Under the pieces are notes generated by a model that saw only the letters and a program-made list of their open reading frames with translations, was not told where the DNA came from and searched no databases. A stretch of 63,470 nt of DNA, the filler included, from Squatina squatina (Eukaryota): NCBI GenBank assembly GCA_031763465.1. It is 4 parts of 4 records of this genome, joined end to end, with 100 filler letters (N's around TTAATTAATTAA, not from the genome) between each part and the next. Parts side by side here need not be neighbours in the genome. Positions count along the whole stretch, not along the records: positions 1 to 14,411 come from JARFOE010000168.1; 3 more parts are not named here. One strand, 5' to 3'. Below are positions 1 to 10,910 of the stretch, one piece after another. The first letter of the stretch is position 1. Every line of letters begins with the position of its first letter. The translations under genes and the position numbers were made by a program.

Positions 1-128
1 TGTGCCAGCTTTGACCCCAATTTGCCTACATAACAATGACCGCATTTCTGAATAACTCATTGTATGCAAAGTGCTTTGGGGCATCCTGAGAGATGTAATA
101 AGATGCTATATAAATTCAAGTTCATTCT
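1..128 (+). mobile_element. 3' tail of an L2-type LINE or L2-tailed SINE
   Basis: gtgctttggggcatcctgag...gatgctatataaattcaagttc resembles the L2-like tail seen reverse-complemented at 2151-2212 and 50100-50190. Confidence 0.5.
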
Positions 129-764
129 TCCTTCATTCTAGGAGTTTAAAAAACATAAACTGCTTCCTCCAAAGTCTCCGTCCTGATAAGCAGAGCAGTT
201 CCCTGGCAACAGAGATGCTAATATATGACAGTCTGCAGCACCGACGTCCTCGCTAGCTATTTTTATATCTAAAAGCTTTCCAGGCAAGCGTAGTGCATTA
301 TCTGTAATTGAGATTGACCCACCATGAAGACTAATGTGAACCAGAGCAGCTACATTTACTAAGGCAGAGTGGCTCAAGGTATAAAAATAAAAAGAGTTAG
401 TAACCCTGTCACATACAAACTCCCATATCTCAAATTACTGCCAATCTCTTCAAACTAAATTCAATTTCTGCCTGCCAAAGCCGGTCAATTGGAAATACCA
501 CGCTAAATGATAATATCCTTTAAATCGTGTGTGGGCAGTAATGCAGTTTGAGAAAAAAAGTGTCACTTTAATAAGTTTGTGCAGTGTTTTGCATTAATTT
601 CTCACTTGCCACTTGGAATAAAAAGAAATAAGCCCAATTGGGATAAGTAGAGAGCAGTGCAGCAAAGTTTCACAGTTACTTGCCTCACTCAGGTGAGGAT
701 TATTTTCTCTTTTATAGATAAATACATCTTTTTACCTTTTTTTGTAAAAGGTTGCCTGGAACTT

Positions 765-886
765 CCCTGATAGCTCGGTAGGGAAAGGATCAACCTGGAA
801 TAGTACTGAGCCATAAAGATCAGGGAGGTTCCAGATTCAGTCCCTGGTCTGGGTTAAATTAGTTGATTGCAGCTAGGGCAGCAGCA
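765..886 (+). mobile_element. tRNA-derived SINE, family S1 (my label), 5' part
   Basis: tagctcggta (A-box-like)...gtactgagccata...ggttccagattcagtccctggtctg (B-box-like). Homologous to seven other copies in the window. Confidence 0.6.
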
Positions 887-2150
887 CCTCAGGGGAAATT
901 CCGGCATGAATACATATTTGGGACAATTCCTGGGAAAAGCTGAATTACGCTGCCAAACAATTTCCTGAGGCAAACTTTGTCTCTGGAGCAAATAAAACTT
1001 TAAAAAATGGAAGAGAATTTGCTCTTGATCAGTGCTTTATCATTCTCCATACCATACTTTCCCGNNNNNNNNNNNNNNNNNNNNNNNNNNNNNNNNNNNN
1101 NNNNNNNNNNNNNNNNNNNNNNNNNNNNNNNNNNNNNNNNNNNNNNNNNNNNNNNNNNNNNNNNCTTTGAGTGTTAATAGACGTTCTGTGCCTTGCCATT
1201 CGGTTTTGGTTTTCAAATTTACAAATTCACAATTTTTCTTTCTACTGTAATGTTACTTCCTGTTCAATGTCACAGGTTAGCACGGCAATGGTGGAGTAAG
1301 TGTCTCACTTAAAAAATCAGGAACTGGGTCAAGGTTTGTGATATGAGTCAGTAAATGTTTTTTGTGCAAAACTCAATTTATTGGAATCCTGAACTTTGTT
1401 CAACTCCTCCCAGGTTAGTTCCTCAAGCAAAGTATCAAAACAACAGCTTTGATGCTTCTCCGTAATCCGACTGATGACTTACAAGCTATATCAGTACTTT
1501 GGGGATTTTCTGCATCAGGAAAACATCCAAGGCTAGGCACACAGCAGCTGCACTGTTAATGTAAAGCCAGGGATATGAAGCTCATCTATGAATAATAATG
1601 GCCTGATTCAGAATGTTTTGCAGTATGGCAATACAATATTTTAGACACAAATAAAAACTCAACTTCACATAATACTCTGAATACTAAGCATTTTAGGAAT
1701 CTACAATAAGCAAATCATTTGCAATCTTTAATGCCACAGGGTCAGATTTGTTGATCTTAATAAATCCCCTCCTCCCCCTGCAGATCCACAACTTGTGATG
1801 CCTTCGGTGACCTCGATTGAAATCTGAGCTTCTGGGGCAAAGTCACCATTGTCAAAATTGCTTTTACTACAGAGGCCAAGTAAGGACCTTCAAAATATTG
1901 CAAACATTATTGGTGATCATTTTGACGACATTGAATCCTGCGCTCTAGGTGATGATCTGCATCAAAACAAATACTATAGCACTACGGGGAAAGGAGGGAA
2001 TGTCATAGCACGAGGAGCGGGAGGGAGTGGTGCGGCATGGCGCAGGGAGTGGGAGGGAGTGCTCCACAATCAGAGAGCAGTAATTTCCAGACCCAAGAAT
2101 TTTAAATGGCTTCAAGTGCTGAAGTTGGCTTTACACACAAGCTAAAAAGG

Positions 2151-2212
2151 GAACAACTTGCATTTATATAGCGCCTTTAACGTAGTAAAATCTCTCAAGG
2201 CGCTTCACAGGA
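2151..2212 (-). mobile_element. L2-type LINE 3' terminus
   Basis: Reverse complement reads cctgtgaagcgccttgag...aaaggcgctatataaatgcaagttgtt. Confidence 0.6.
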
Positions 2213-2855
2213 GATTCGCAGGCCAGATCAAAGAAGCTTATGGGCTGCCTCCTGGACATCACTGTTGCAGAGCAACGGAATTGTCAACAACTGTATATCC
2301 CATGTCTGCTGTATATGGTCATGACATTTGGCTGTAGGATATTTGGCCCAAGTTGGTCCAGGTCCTGCAGTATAGGGGTGTGGGTGCGTTTGGTGATATC
2401 TATTACGAGGGATGGACACACCCAAGATGAGGCTGCTGATTTTTGCATGGTGCAAGAGAGGTGGAGTGCTTGTAATTTAGGATAAGGAAGTTCATGGGCA
2501 TATTTGTGAAATTACTGAATTTGTGTGTGTTTATTATGTGAGATGTATTATTAAGGGTATATAGTGGGTGAGGAACCGCCATGACAGCTGTATGATACTG
2601 AAAAAAATGTGGATAGAATGTGGCCGGTCATTTTTGTGATGCAAGAAATCAAAAATGACACTACAGAGATGGTTCTAGGATCTGACTGCTTCCTGATTCT
2701 GGGACTTCATTGGTTGAATAGCTGGACTGGAGTGAGTATTGCCGCTGGTTCAGTGATCTGATTGATGGAAGGGAAGGAATGTTGCAACACCACATTTATC
2801 TGCTGTGCATTTCCAGCAAGTTCTGTTTTTTACAGTTACAAAATCCAGAACTCAC

Positions 2856-2883
2856 CATCTTTTAGTGAAAAGGAAACAAGATC
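2856..2883 (-). CDS. TMCO4: TMCO4 28-nt internal micro-exon (DLVSFSLKD-G)
   Basis: tttcag|GATCTTGTTTCCTTTTCACTAAAAGATG|gtgagt. Phase 0 start matches the upstream exon. Peptide matches DLLSFSLKDG of human TMCO4 as I recall it. Confidence 0.85.
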
Positions 2884-3064
2884 CTGAAACAGAAGAACAA
2901 AAATTAGATTGCATATTCGAGTTCTTCCAAAATAAATACAAATATTTCACAGAACTAGTCATAGAATCATATGCAGCATCAACAGAACTACAAGAAAAGA
3001 ATTAAAATTACAATCAGGGACAGTAGACAGAACAACACACCAGGATGCCATATAGAATATGTAC

Positions 3065-3239
3065 CTGAGTGATCAGGATTGGACTGTCCTTCAAAGCCGG
3101 TTCTTTTAGCAGCAGGTCTGCAAATGTGTCTGCTCCTTCCCCTCCCATTCCATTGGCAAAGGCCTCCATGACAGGCAAGACAGATTCTGAAAGCTGCAAC
3201 CATTGTACAAGCCCTTCAATAAATTCCATTCTGAACAGC
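3065..3239 (-). CDS. TMCO4: TMCO4 internal exon (175 nt)
   Basis: ttttgtag acceptor, CAG|gtacat donor. LFRMEFIEGLVQWLQLSESVLPVMEAFANGMGGEGADTFADLLLKEPALKDSPILITQ closely resembles human GLVQWLELSEAVLPTMTAFASGLGGEGAD...ITQ. TMCO4 neighbours OTUD3 in human. Confidence 0.9.
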
Positions 3240-3299
3240 CTACAAAAGAAAATAAATGTATTTAGTGACCCTGCTTCAACAAGTCTCACATGTAAAACT

Positions 3300-3505
3300 G
3301 TCCAGTACATGCATGTATATATATGCACACCCATCATACACAAGCATGCATGTACATTGACACACCCATGTATATGCATGTGCAATCACACAAACACACA
3401 TGCATGTATACACATGTACATTGACTCACCAGTGTGAAATGATTGTGTGCATCCACACATTCATGTATGTACACATGCATCTCACACACACTCACGCATA
3501 TATAC
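3300..3505. repeat. Degenerate alternating purine-pyrimidine (CA/TG/TA) low-complexity tract
   Basis: Repeated catgcatgtatat / cacacacatgcatg motifs. Confidence 0.7.
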
Positions 3506-4171
3506 CAACCTGTAAAACCATTAAAAGCTAACCAACAGCTTTATAAAAACTGACACAGCCCCAGGAACAGTTGAATGTAGACCTATGGTATGTGAAAACC
3601 AAGGGGTTAGACTGATAGTTCTGTGGGACATGGACTTGTCAATCTAAATTGCTGGTGTACCCAACATTGCATCACTTTTATTACAATAAATAAAAGCACA
3701 GTTAGCAGCAGTGGTGATTTAGAAATTACTGAAGGGGAGTGTGACTGCTGAAGGTATGAGAATTATTTTTGTGGACACATACTTGCAAACATTTTGTAAT
3801 TTGACAACTGGTTAGCTGCATTTGATGGCATTTTGGAACCGACTGTAATTCAGAAAGCAAATCTCAGTATTTTCTAATGAGGAAAAACAAATCATTCCAA
3901 TCTCACTCCCTATTTATTTCCAAACCATGGCAATAGCACAACTTTAGTGACATGAAATAATCAAATAAAGCCAGTTTAATACATTCACACCAGAAAACAT
4001 CCACCTATCTCACAAAAGCAGCTGCGACTAGCATCGAAGAAAAGAAACTTCACATTAGGTAACAGTGGGACATACTCCAGAAAATACCTATGAAGATAAT
4101 ACAACATTTTTAGAAGCTGCATTTTTGAAGTTTGTTATATATACTTGGTGGACTTTGGGGACAAACTCTAA

Positions 4172-4531
4172 ATAAAGGTGTTCAAAATCATGAGGGGTCT
4201 AAACAGAGTACAGAAAGATATACTGTTCCCATTGAGAACCAGAGGACACAGATTTAAGGTGATTAGCAGAAGAAATTGAGACGACATGAGGAAAAACTTT
4301 TTTTTTTAACGCAACGAGTGGTTAGGATCTGGAATGCACTGCCTGAGAGGACGGTGGAGGCAGACTCAATCGTGGCTTTCAAAGGGAATTGAATAAGTAC
4401 CTGAAGGAAAAAAAATTGCAGGGCTACAGGCAAAGGGCAGGGGTGCGGGACTAGCTGAATTACTCTTGCAGAGAGCAGGCATGGGCTCGATGGGCTGAAT
4501 GGCCTCCTTCTGTGCTGTAACCATTCTATGA
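4172..4531 (+). mobile_element. CR1-type LINE 3' fragment
   Basis: Degenerate ORF2 end (gtgttcaaaatcatgagggg, agaggacacagatttaag, tggaatgcactgcct) and 3' tail gggctgaatggcctccttctgtgctgtaaccattctatga. Confidence 0.8.
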
Positions 4532-4847
4532 AACACACCCATAACCTACAGCTCAGTTTAATTCTTCCTGCCTAATGGAAGAAAGCAGCATTGAATTAGT
4601 TCCAGTTCTACCATTCAATGTATTTGGTTTTAACTCTAGTCTTATGTTCTGAACTCTACTATTTACGATCTGCTTGGTTAACACTAATAACCTCCAATGC
4701 CAGTGAAGAAAGCTACTTTTTCTTGTGAAACACCAACATCTGGGTTGAAAAGCTGACATTCAGCATATATGAACATACCCATGCTTGTACATACGTATAC
4801 ATACACACCCATGGTTGTGAATTAGTTCTTGATCAACTTGTTCAGAA

Positions 4848-4981
4848 CTTCTCCAGCCCCATAATCCCCAGAGATCTCTGCGCTCCGCCTATTCTGGCCT
4901 TTTGAACATCTCCGATTTTAAATGCTCCGCCATTGGTGGCCGTGCCTTCAGCTGCCTAGATCCTAAGCTTTGGAATTCCTT
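4848..4981 (+). mobile_element. L2-type LINE 3' fragment
   Basis: gccattggtggccgtgccttcagctgcctag...ctttggaattcct encodes GGRAFS...LWNS. Homologous to the reverse complement of 53880-54020. Confidence 0.65.
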
Positions 4982-5136
4982 CACAAAATACAAATCCACT
5001 AGAAACTGATACCGAGTGCTCAGTAACTGCTGCTGCNNNNNNNNNNNNNNNNNNNNNNNNNNNNNNNNNNNNNNNNNNNNNNNNNNNNNNNNNNNNNNNN
5101 NNNNNNNNNNNNNNNNNNNNNNNNNNNNNNNNNNNN

Positions 5137-5330
5137 GTTGAGGCCAAATCATTAATATATATTCAAGAAGGAGTTAGATATAGTTCTTATGGCTAATGAG
5201 ATCAGGGGATATGGGGAGAAGGAAGGAACAAGGTACTGAATTTGGATAATCAGCCATGATTATATTGAATGGTGAAGCAGGCTCGAAGGGCCAAATGGCC
5301 TACTCCTGCTCCTATTTTCTATGTTTCTTT
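5137..5330 (+). mobile_element. CR1-type LINE 3' end
   Basis: ttcaagaaggagttagat...gctcgaagggccaaatggcctactcctgctcctattttctatgtttct. Same tail as 56849-56979. Confidence 0.75.
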
Positions 5331-6608
5331 TTTTTTTAAACCAAGCTGAATATGCACAGAAATCCATTACTGTGCTTTGAGTCTTTAGACCAAATTGAGA
5401 AATCCAGAGATTTTCCTGCTAGCGAATGCATTCNNNNNNNNNNAGCAAGTCCAGAAAGCTTAGGCGCAGGTTTTGGATCTCCCAAGTGCGCACAGGCAAT
5501 TAACACCGTGCAGCTAATCAGCAACATTAAGCTTCACGCTGCTTGGGGCTTTAGGCTGCAGGACTTTCCCAGTCCCCAGTGACAGCTCTTACCCTCCAAG
5601 GTCCATTGCTGAGCCAGGTTGTTGATTAATCATCAATAGTACCCAAAGTTGTGAGGACCTGCCTAGTTCAGAGATGCAATTCCCAAGTTTGCCAGAGAGT
5701 GTTAATTCGGTTCCAAACATCCATCACCAGGTGTGGCAATTTAGAAATGCCTCCACCCTCAAGAACCCTTACTGATTCCAAATCATCATGACAGGAAAAA
5801 AGATTGTTTTTAAAAATTGCTTTTTAACAAAGTTAGTTTCTCAATGAGGCAATCATATATTTATTATCATTTTATATACAGAGCAGAAATATAGTAAACA
5901 CAAGCAATCATACAATAGCCAACTGTTTAACATTGTTGTCCATGGGAGTTACTGTTTCAAACACTCGGTGGCTATTCCCAACCATTTTCTATAATCAAAT
6001 GGTCTGTTACTGCTAAGCAAGGAAAAATCTCAGAGGTAGAAATTCAACAAACAAGTTCAGGAGTTTCTTCAACACAAGTCACCTCTAGGAGTGTTCAACC
6101 AAAATATTGCTGACAAAGCATTGAGAAGCAAGATACAGGAACTTCTTATGTCAGTCAGAAGCTGTAGTTCTTCCACCAGCCTCAAACCAGTGTAACAGTC
6201 GCTAAGCCTACTCACTCACTCTTAGAGTCTGTAGGGAAAGCGTCCTTCGCGTTTGGNNNNNNNNNNACCCCTACAGATGCTAGCAGGTGAACACTACCTC
6301 TTGAACACTGTACCAAGAATGTGTTCAGAAATATTCCCGTGCAAACCCACTCTATACTACAGTTTCTTTTGGGAGTTGTGCAAATACATGTTGTAAAGAA
6401 AGGGCCTCACATTTCACCTCCATTAATGAGTAATAATGCAGGTGCAAGGAGGGAGTGATATCTTAAAATGTTACAGTCAGGCTCTCTAACCCGTGCTTTC
6501 ACAGCTATTAAAAAGAGCTTTCCTGCCTTTGAATCCATTTACTAAAATTCATCTAAACATACATTTCACATAGCTCATTTTAATTCTCACTTATTACCAT
6601 TTGAAGCT

Positions 6609-6614
6609 TTTATT
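6609..6614 (-). promoter_or_regulatory. OTUD3: Candidate OTUD3 polyadenylation signal (AATAAA)
   Basis: tttatt on the plus strand, about 250 nt after the OTUD3 stop codon. Confidence 0.35.
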
Positions 6615-6863
6615 GCATTTGTAAAATGTAAATAATCCACTGCTTTCACCTTGAGTTTTTCTTCCAGTTTACACGCAAGTTTACAAAGAAAAACAAGTTC
6701 TTCAAAAAGGTGCAAAATCAAATATTTTCTTAATCTAAAGCAGCATCAGAAAACATCGGAAATCTTCTCCATCTCCCACCATGTTATCCTCCACCCAGGA
6801 GACTTATGTAACCCATTCAATGTCAGGTGATCTCCAGCTGTCGAGGGAGCTGTTGTCCACAGG

Positions 6864-7040
6864 TCAAATGTTTAAAGTAGCAAATGTTTTTACTAGGGTA
6901 ACCGGTGTCTGCAAGTCCCCATCAGTCCCGTGGTCTTCTAAATTATTGCTCTTGCTGTCAAGAACCTTCTGTCGATGTCTTTCTTCCTGTCGTTTCTTCT
7001 TTTCTAATCGTTGCAGTTCTTTTCGCTGCTTGTTTGTAAC
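6864..7040 (-). CDS. OTUD3: OTUD3 last coding exon
   Basis: ttctag acceptor. VTNKQRKELQRLEKKKRQEERHRQKVLDSKSNNLEDHGTDGDLQTPVTLVKTFATLNI-TGA matches the human OTUD3 C-terminus (VTNKQRREQ...EKKKRQEERHR...VTLVKTFAALNI). Not in the ORF track. Confidence 0.93.
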   Translation of the reverse strand, partial: VTNKQRKELQRLEKKKRQEERHRQKVLDSKSNNLEDHGTDGDLQTPVTLVKTFATLNI

Positions 7041-7251
7041 CTAGAATTTAAAAAATGCAAATTAATAACGAGACCAGCAAAATCATGCTGGTGCATCGAT
7101 AAACACCATCAAGCATGTTCAATATTTCTCTATTTTCTGTAATGAACATTTAAAAAAATGATCTGTATAAAATATTAACAAGCTAAACTTTTCCTTATAA
7201 ACTTCTTCATAGAGTAGCACATCAGATGGTATTAAAGTTGCACTTTTAGCA

Positions 7252-7334
7252 GCTCCCTGGCAGCTGAGTTTATCCAGGGAGTAGCTGAAACCAGGAAGGC
7301 TGCAGGTTTGATCCCTGGTGGGGCAGCAGTTAAG
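7252..7334 (+). mobile_element. tRNA-derived SINE S1, 5' fragment running into a gap
   Basis: tccctggcagctgag...accaggaaggctgcaggtttgatccctggt. Confidence 0.5.
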
Positions 7335-8873
7335 NNNNNNNNNNNNNNNNNNNNNNNNNNNNNNNNNNNNNNNNNNNNNNNNNNNNNNNNNNNNNNNNNN
7401 NNNNNNNNNNNNNNNNNNNNNNNNNNNNNNNNNNNNNNNNNNNNNNNNNNNNNNNNNNNNNNNNNNNNNNNNNNNNNNNNNNNNNNNNNNNNNNNNNNNN
7501 NNNNNNNNNNNNNNNNNNNNNNNNNNNNNNNNNNNNNNNNNNNNNNNNNNNNNNNNNNNNNNNNNNNNNNNNNNNNNNNNNNNNNNNNNNNNNNNNNNNN
7601 NNNNNNNNNNNNNNNNNNNNNNNNNNNNNNNNNNNNNNNNNNNNNNNNNNNNNNNNNNNNNNNNNNNNNNNNNNNNNNNNNNNNNNNNNNNNNNNNNNNN
7701 NNNNNNNNNNNNNNNNNNNNNNNNNNNNNNNNNNNNNNNNNNNNNNNNNNNNNNNNNNNNNNNNNNNNNNNNNNNNNNNNNNNNNNNNNNNNNNNNNNNN
7801 NNNNNNNNNNNNNNNNNNNNNNNNNNNNNNNNNNNNNNNNNNNNNNNNNNNNNNNNNNNNNNNNNNNNNNNNNNNNNNNNNNNNNNNNNNNNNNNNNNNN
7901 NNNNNNNNNNNNNNNNNNNNNNNNNNNNNNNNNNNNNNNNNNNNNNNNNNNNNNNNNNNNNNNNNNNNNNNNNNNNNNNCTGCAATATTTTTATGAATTT
8001 GATCATTATTGCAGCATGTTTCTTTATAGCTCTCTGCAGTGTACCTCTATGGTATCAGTAAATAACCTTGTTTGTACAATTGAAGCACCTTCCAAATGGT
8101 TAGTTGTATTTAATGTACAATGTGGCAGATGAAAACCTTCAAACCGTGTTCACTGAAAAGTCTTTTCCAAAAACTAAATCTCCTTAAACCAACTTTACAC
8201 TTTTGCGATTTCCTAATATAGGCTAACAGGGAAGACTTTATTTATCTGGACATCTTGGAAAGGCTGTAATTCTGAAATGCTAACTCAAATGACAAAATAA
8301 AACTGTTTTGTATTAAATGTTATCAAATACAGTAAATGACCAAATGTATACTTTGTCTTTAATACAACAGTTTAAAATAAAAACTAAATTAAAGCAAAAT
8401 GATTGAAAAACTTAGCTGAAACAGTATCCTCATGACATAATGTAAGTAGTCTCCCCAATGAATTAAATGGAAATCTATATGGTATGTTTTGTCTTATCCT
8501 CATGGTAGTATTCGTGCCTTGGGCCAGAAGCCTGTGGGTTAGATTCTCACACCAGGTGTTTTAGTTGATAATATAAACTAGCATTGATCTGTAAATTTGC
8601 ATAAACTGAGGCAGACCCAATTACAATTCAGAAATAATGTAATCTAAACAACTACAGTAAAAGCTAGCCTCAGGACCCTCTACAAAAAGGTGACAAGTCA
8701 GATGTTCACCATGTAAATACCTAACAGAATCTGGACACCAAAGGGCAAATCTTATACAGTGAAGCAATCAAAATAAGAAGTCAGTCAGAAAATCATTACA
8801 GTTCAAAATCTCGAAGTGAACTTGCAACACGTTGTACACAGAATGTATTGGAATAGTCGCATGTGGAACTCAC

Positions 8874-8970
8874 TGCTATTCTTCAGTTCATCCATCTGCA
8901 AGATGGTAAATATCACAGTCCCTATGTTGTAATTTTCAGCCTCCAGATTCTGAACAATCACATCTGTGTC
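8874..8970 (-). CDS. OTUD3: OTUD3 internal exon (UBA-like region, 97 nt)
   Basis: ctgtag|GAC...AGCA|gtgagt. DTDVIVQNLEAENYNIGTVIFTILQMDELKNS matches human IVQNLEAENYNIESAI. Confidence 0.92.
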
Positions 8971-9024
8971 CTACAGGAAAACAAGGAGAATATCAACTGT
9001 ACAACAAGTCATGTCACTTTCCCA

Positions 9025-9445
9025 ATTTTTCTACCCTTCTCTCCTGTGAACCCTGACTCTTGCTCACGTACAGGTTCCAATGGCACTGCACACCCTCTGG
9101 TACCTCAGCCCTGTGGGCCACTCTTCATGCATGAGCCCCAACAGCAAATGTCTTCTGGATATTTGACAGTGGGGGCCATTACAACCAACCCCAACATGTC
9201 CCTCCTCAACAAACACATACAGATACACAAAACTTTTCAACAGGGGTCACTGAATAGTGATCAGGAGCAGCAAACCTGGCAGATTTTCCCCTCTCCCTAA
9301 CCAAATAGCACTCAGGCCAATTGTAGCACCCCTACTGCCCCCTGACTTGATCAACCAACAGACTCAGTGTGGCTGAGTACCACGGTGGATTGATCAGTCC
9401 TGGTTACTGTGGCTCAGTACTGCACCAGGTATTGCGTTTAGCCAT
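9025..9445 (-). mobile_element. tRNA-derived SINE S1, near full length
   Basis: Reverse complement contains gtactgagcca, gctacaattggcct, tcctgatcactattcagtgacccctg and catgaagagtggcc, shared with the other S1 copies. Confidence 0.65.
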
Positions 9446-9629
9446 TATGCTGATAAATTTTACTGTTTTTTTTTTAAAATAAAAAGACTAAATACACAAC
9501 TCCTCTACCATAAACTCCAAATGAAGGACTGCAACTCACAGAAAATAAAGATTTCACAAATAGGAATAAAAACCGCACAAAGCATTGTCACAGTGAGCTC
9601 TAGGGTTTCAAACAAAACCATCTCAAAAT

Positions 9630-9947
9630 CACAAAAGCAAAATACTGCGGATGCTGGAATCTGAAATAACAACAGAGAATGCTGGAAATACTCAGCAGGT
9701 CAGGCAGCACCTGTGGAGAGAGAAACCGAGTTAACGTTTCAGGTCGAAGACGCTTCGTCAGAACTGGAAAAAGTTAGAATTGTAGCAGGTTTTTAAGCAA
9801 GTGCAGGGGCGGGGAAGGAGGGAGGGGAGAAAGAACAAAAGGGAAGGTCTGTGATAGGGTGGAAGGCAGCAAAGATTGAGAGACATTAAGAGATGGTGCA
9901 AGCCAAAAAGAAATGGTAATGGCCAAGTTAAGAACAAAAAAAAGGTG
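9630..9947 (-). mobile_element. Penelope-like element terminal repeat fragment
   Basis: aaaagcaaaatactgcggatgctgga...aatgctggaaatactcagcaggtcaggcagca... recurs at 29900-30026, 48610-48850, 51169-51223, 59522-59642 and 61130-61230. Carries a hammerhead core, which is typical of Penelope-like terminal repeats. Confidence 0.65.
9729..9765 (-). ncRNA. Minimal type I hammerhead ribozyme motif
   Basis: Minus-strand RNA AGUU-CUGACGA-AG(C)GUC-UUC-GACCU-GAAA-CG-UU-AACU: conserved CUGANGA and GAAA boxes, stem II, 4-bp stem I and palindromic AACGUU in place of stem III. Confidence 0.6.
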
Positions 9948-10576
9948 NNNNNNNNNNNNNNNNNNNNNNNNNNNNNNNNNNNNNNNNNNNNNNNNNNNNN
10001 NNNNNNNNNNNNNNNNNNNNNNNNNNNNNNNNNNNNNNNNNNNNNNNATGGCATGAACAGCCTCGTGCTGTGATAAATAATCTCCACAAGAGAGTGGCCA
10101 AGTGACTCGTGAGTGGCAGGTGCCACAAGTTATAACCTGGCTGGCCACACAATACATTACATTTATAACATTGATTTATTATTATTACTTAGATTTGAAG
10201 TAGCTCAAGTTTTTCACCCCAACTATAGTGGTTTAAATTTGGCTTGCTTTATACAGGAGCTAGGATATTAAACTGCACTCTACATACATTGAACAGTGCT
10301 ATAGACATAAACTAGTTATGTATGAGATGTGTCCAAAGCAGTCAGGATTTAGTACTTCGTATGTAGTGACCTTATCAGTTGTGTGTATTGACATGTTCAG
10401 GGTAACCCAGTCCAATGGGGGCTGGGCGAGTTTTTAAAAAAGTGTGTTATGTGGAATTGAGTTGAGCATGAGGAATATAAACTTCGTAAGTTATGTGCAA
10501 GAGATGATGTATAATGAGTTGTTCCTATAATCTTTAATAGCCTTATTTAAAATAGTAACTTCAACGTCCATTGAAT

Positions 10577-10910
10577 GGCCCAGAATTTGCGGTCAGTGGC
10601 AAAGCAACGTACTCGCCGCTGACCTCGAAAGCTGCCCACAAAATTCTAGCGATCTCTGTGGTGTTGAGTTCAACTCTCTCGACCTTTTGTTTGAATCTGG
10701 CGCCAAATCAAGTGAATCTCCAGTGTCCAGCAGCAGTGATGTCATCAAGCTAGCTAAGCAGCCAATCACATTGTAGAAATCGCAGATAGCAAACCAGGAA
10801 GTAAAATGCACAGATTATAATTTACTTTTTATAAATTTTAGAGCGAAATAAAGATTGGGACATACACATAGGATTAAGGTAGATGCTGAAATATCATAAT
10901 CCAACCTTTT
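10577..10910 (+). mobile_element. Non-autonomous DNA transposon, one arm
   Basis: Starts ggcccagaatttgcggtcagtggc and is colinear over about 330 nt with the reverse complement of 41825-42159. A second copy of the same terminus starts at about 10929. Confidence 0.65.

Noticed and set aside
3240-3437. His/Cys/Met-rich ORF extensions (3014..3385 minus, 3069..3437 plus)
   Set aside because: Translation of a CA/TG low-complexity tract beyond the TMCO4 splice acceptor.
5581-5760. Strong minus-strand donor (gg|gtaaga at about 5592) as the missing first coding exon of TMCO4
   Set aside because: The upstream sequence does not translate to anything like the TMCO4 N-terminus (RFAYAALCG).
7119-8132. 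Long ORFs running through N gaps (also 15796-16510, 34210-34929, 36143-36802 and others)
   Set aside because: They are open only because N codons contain no stops.
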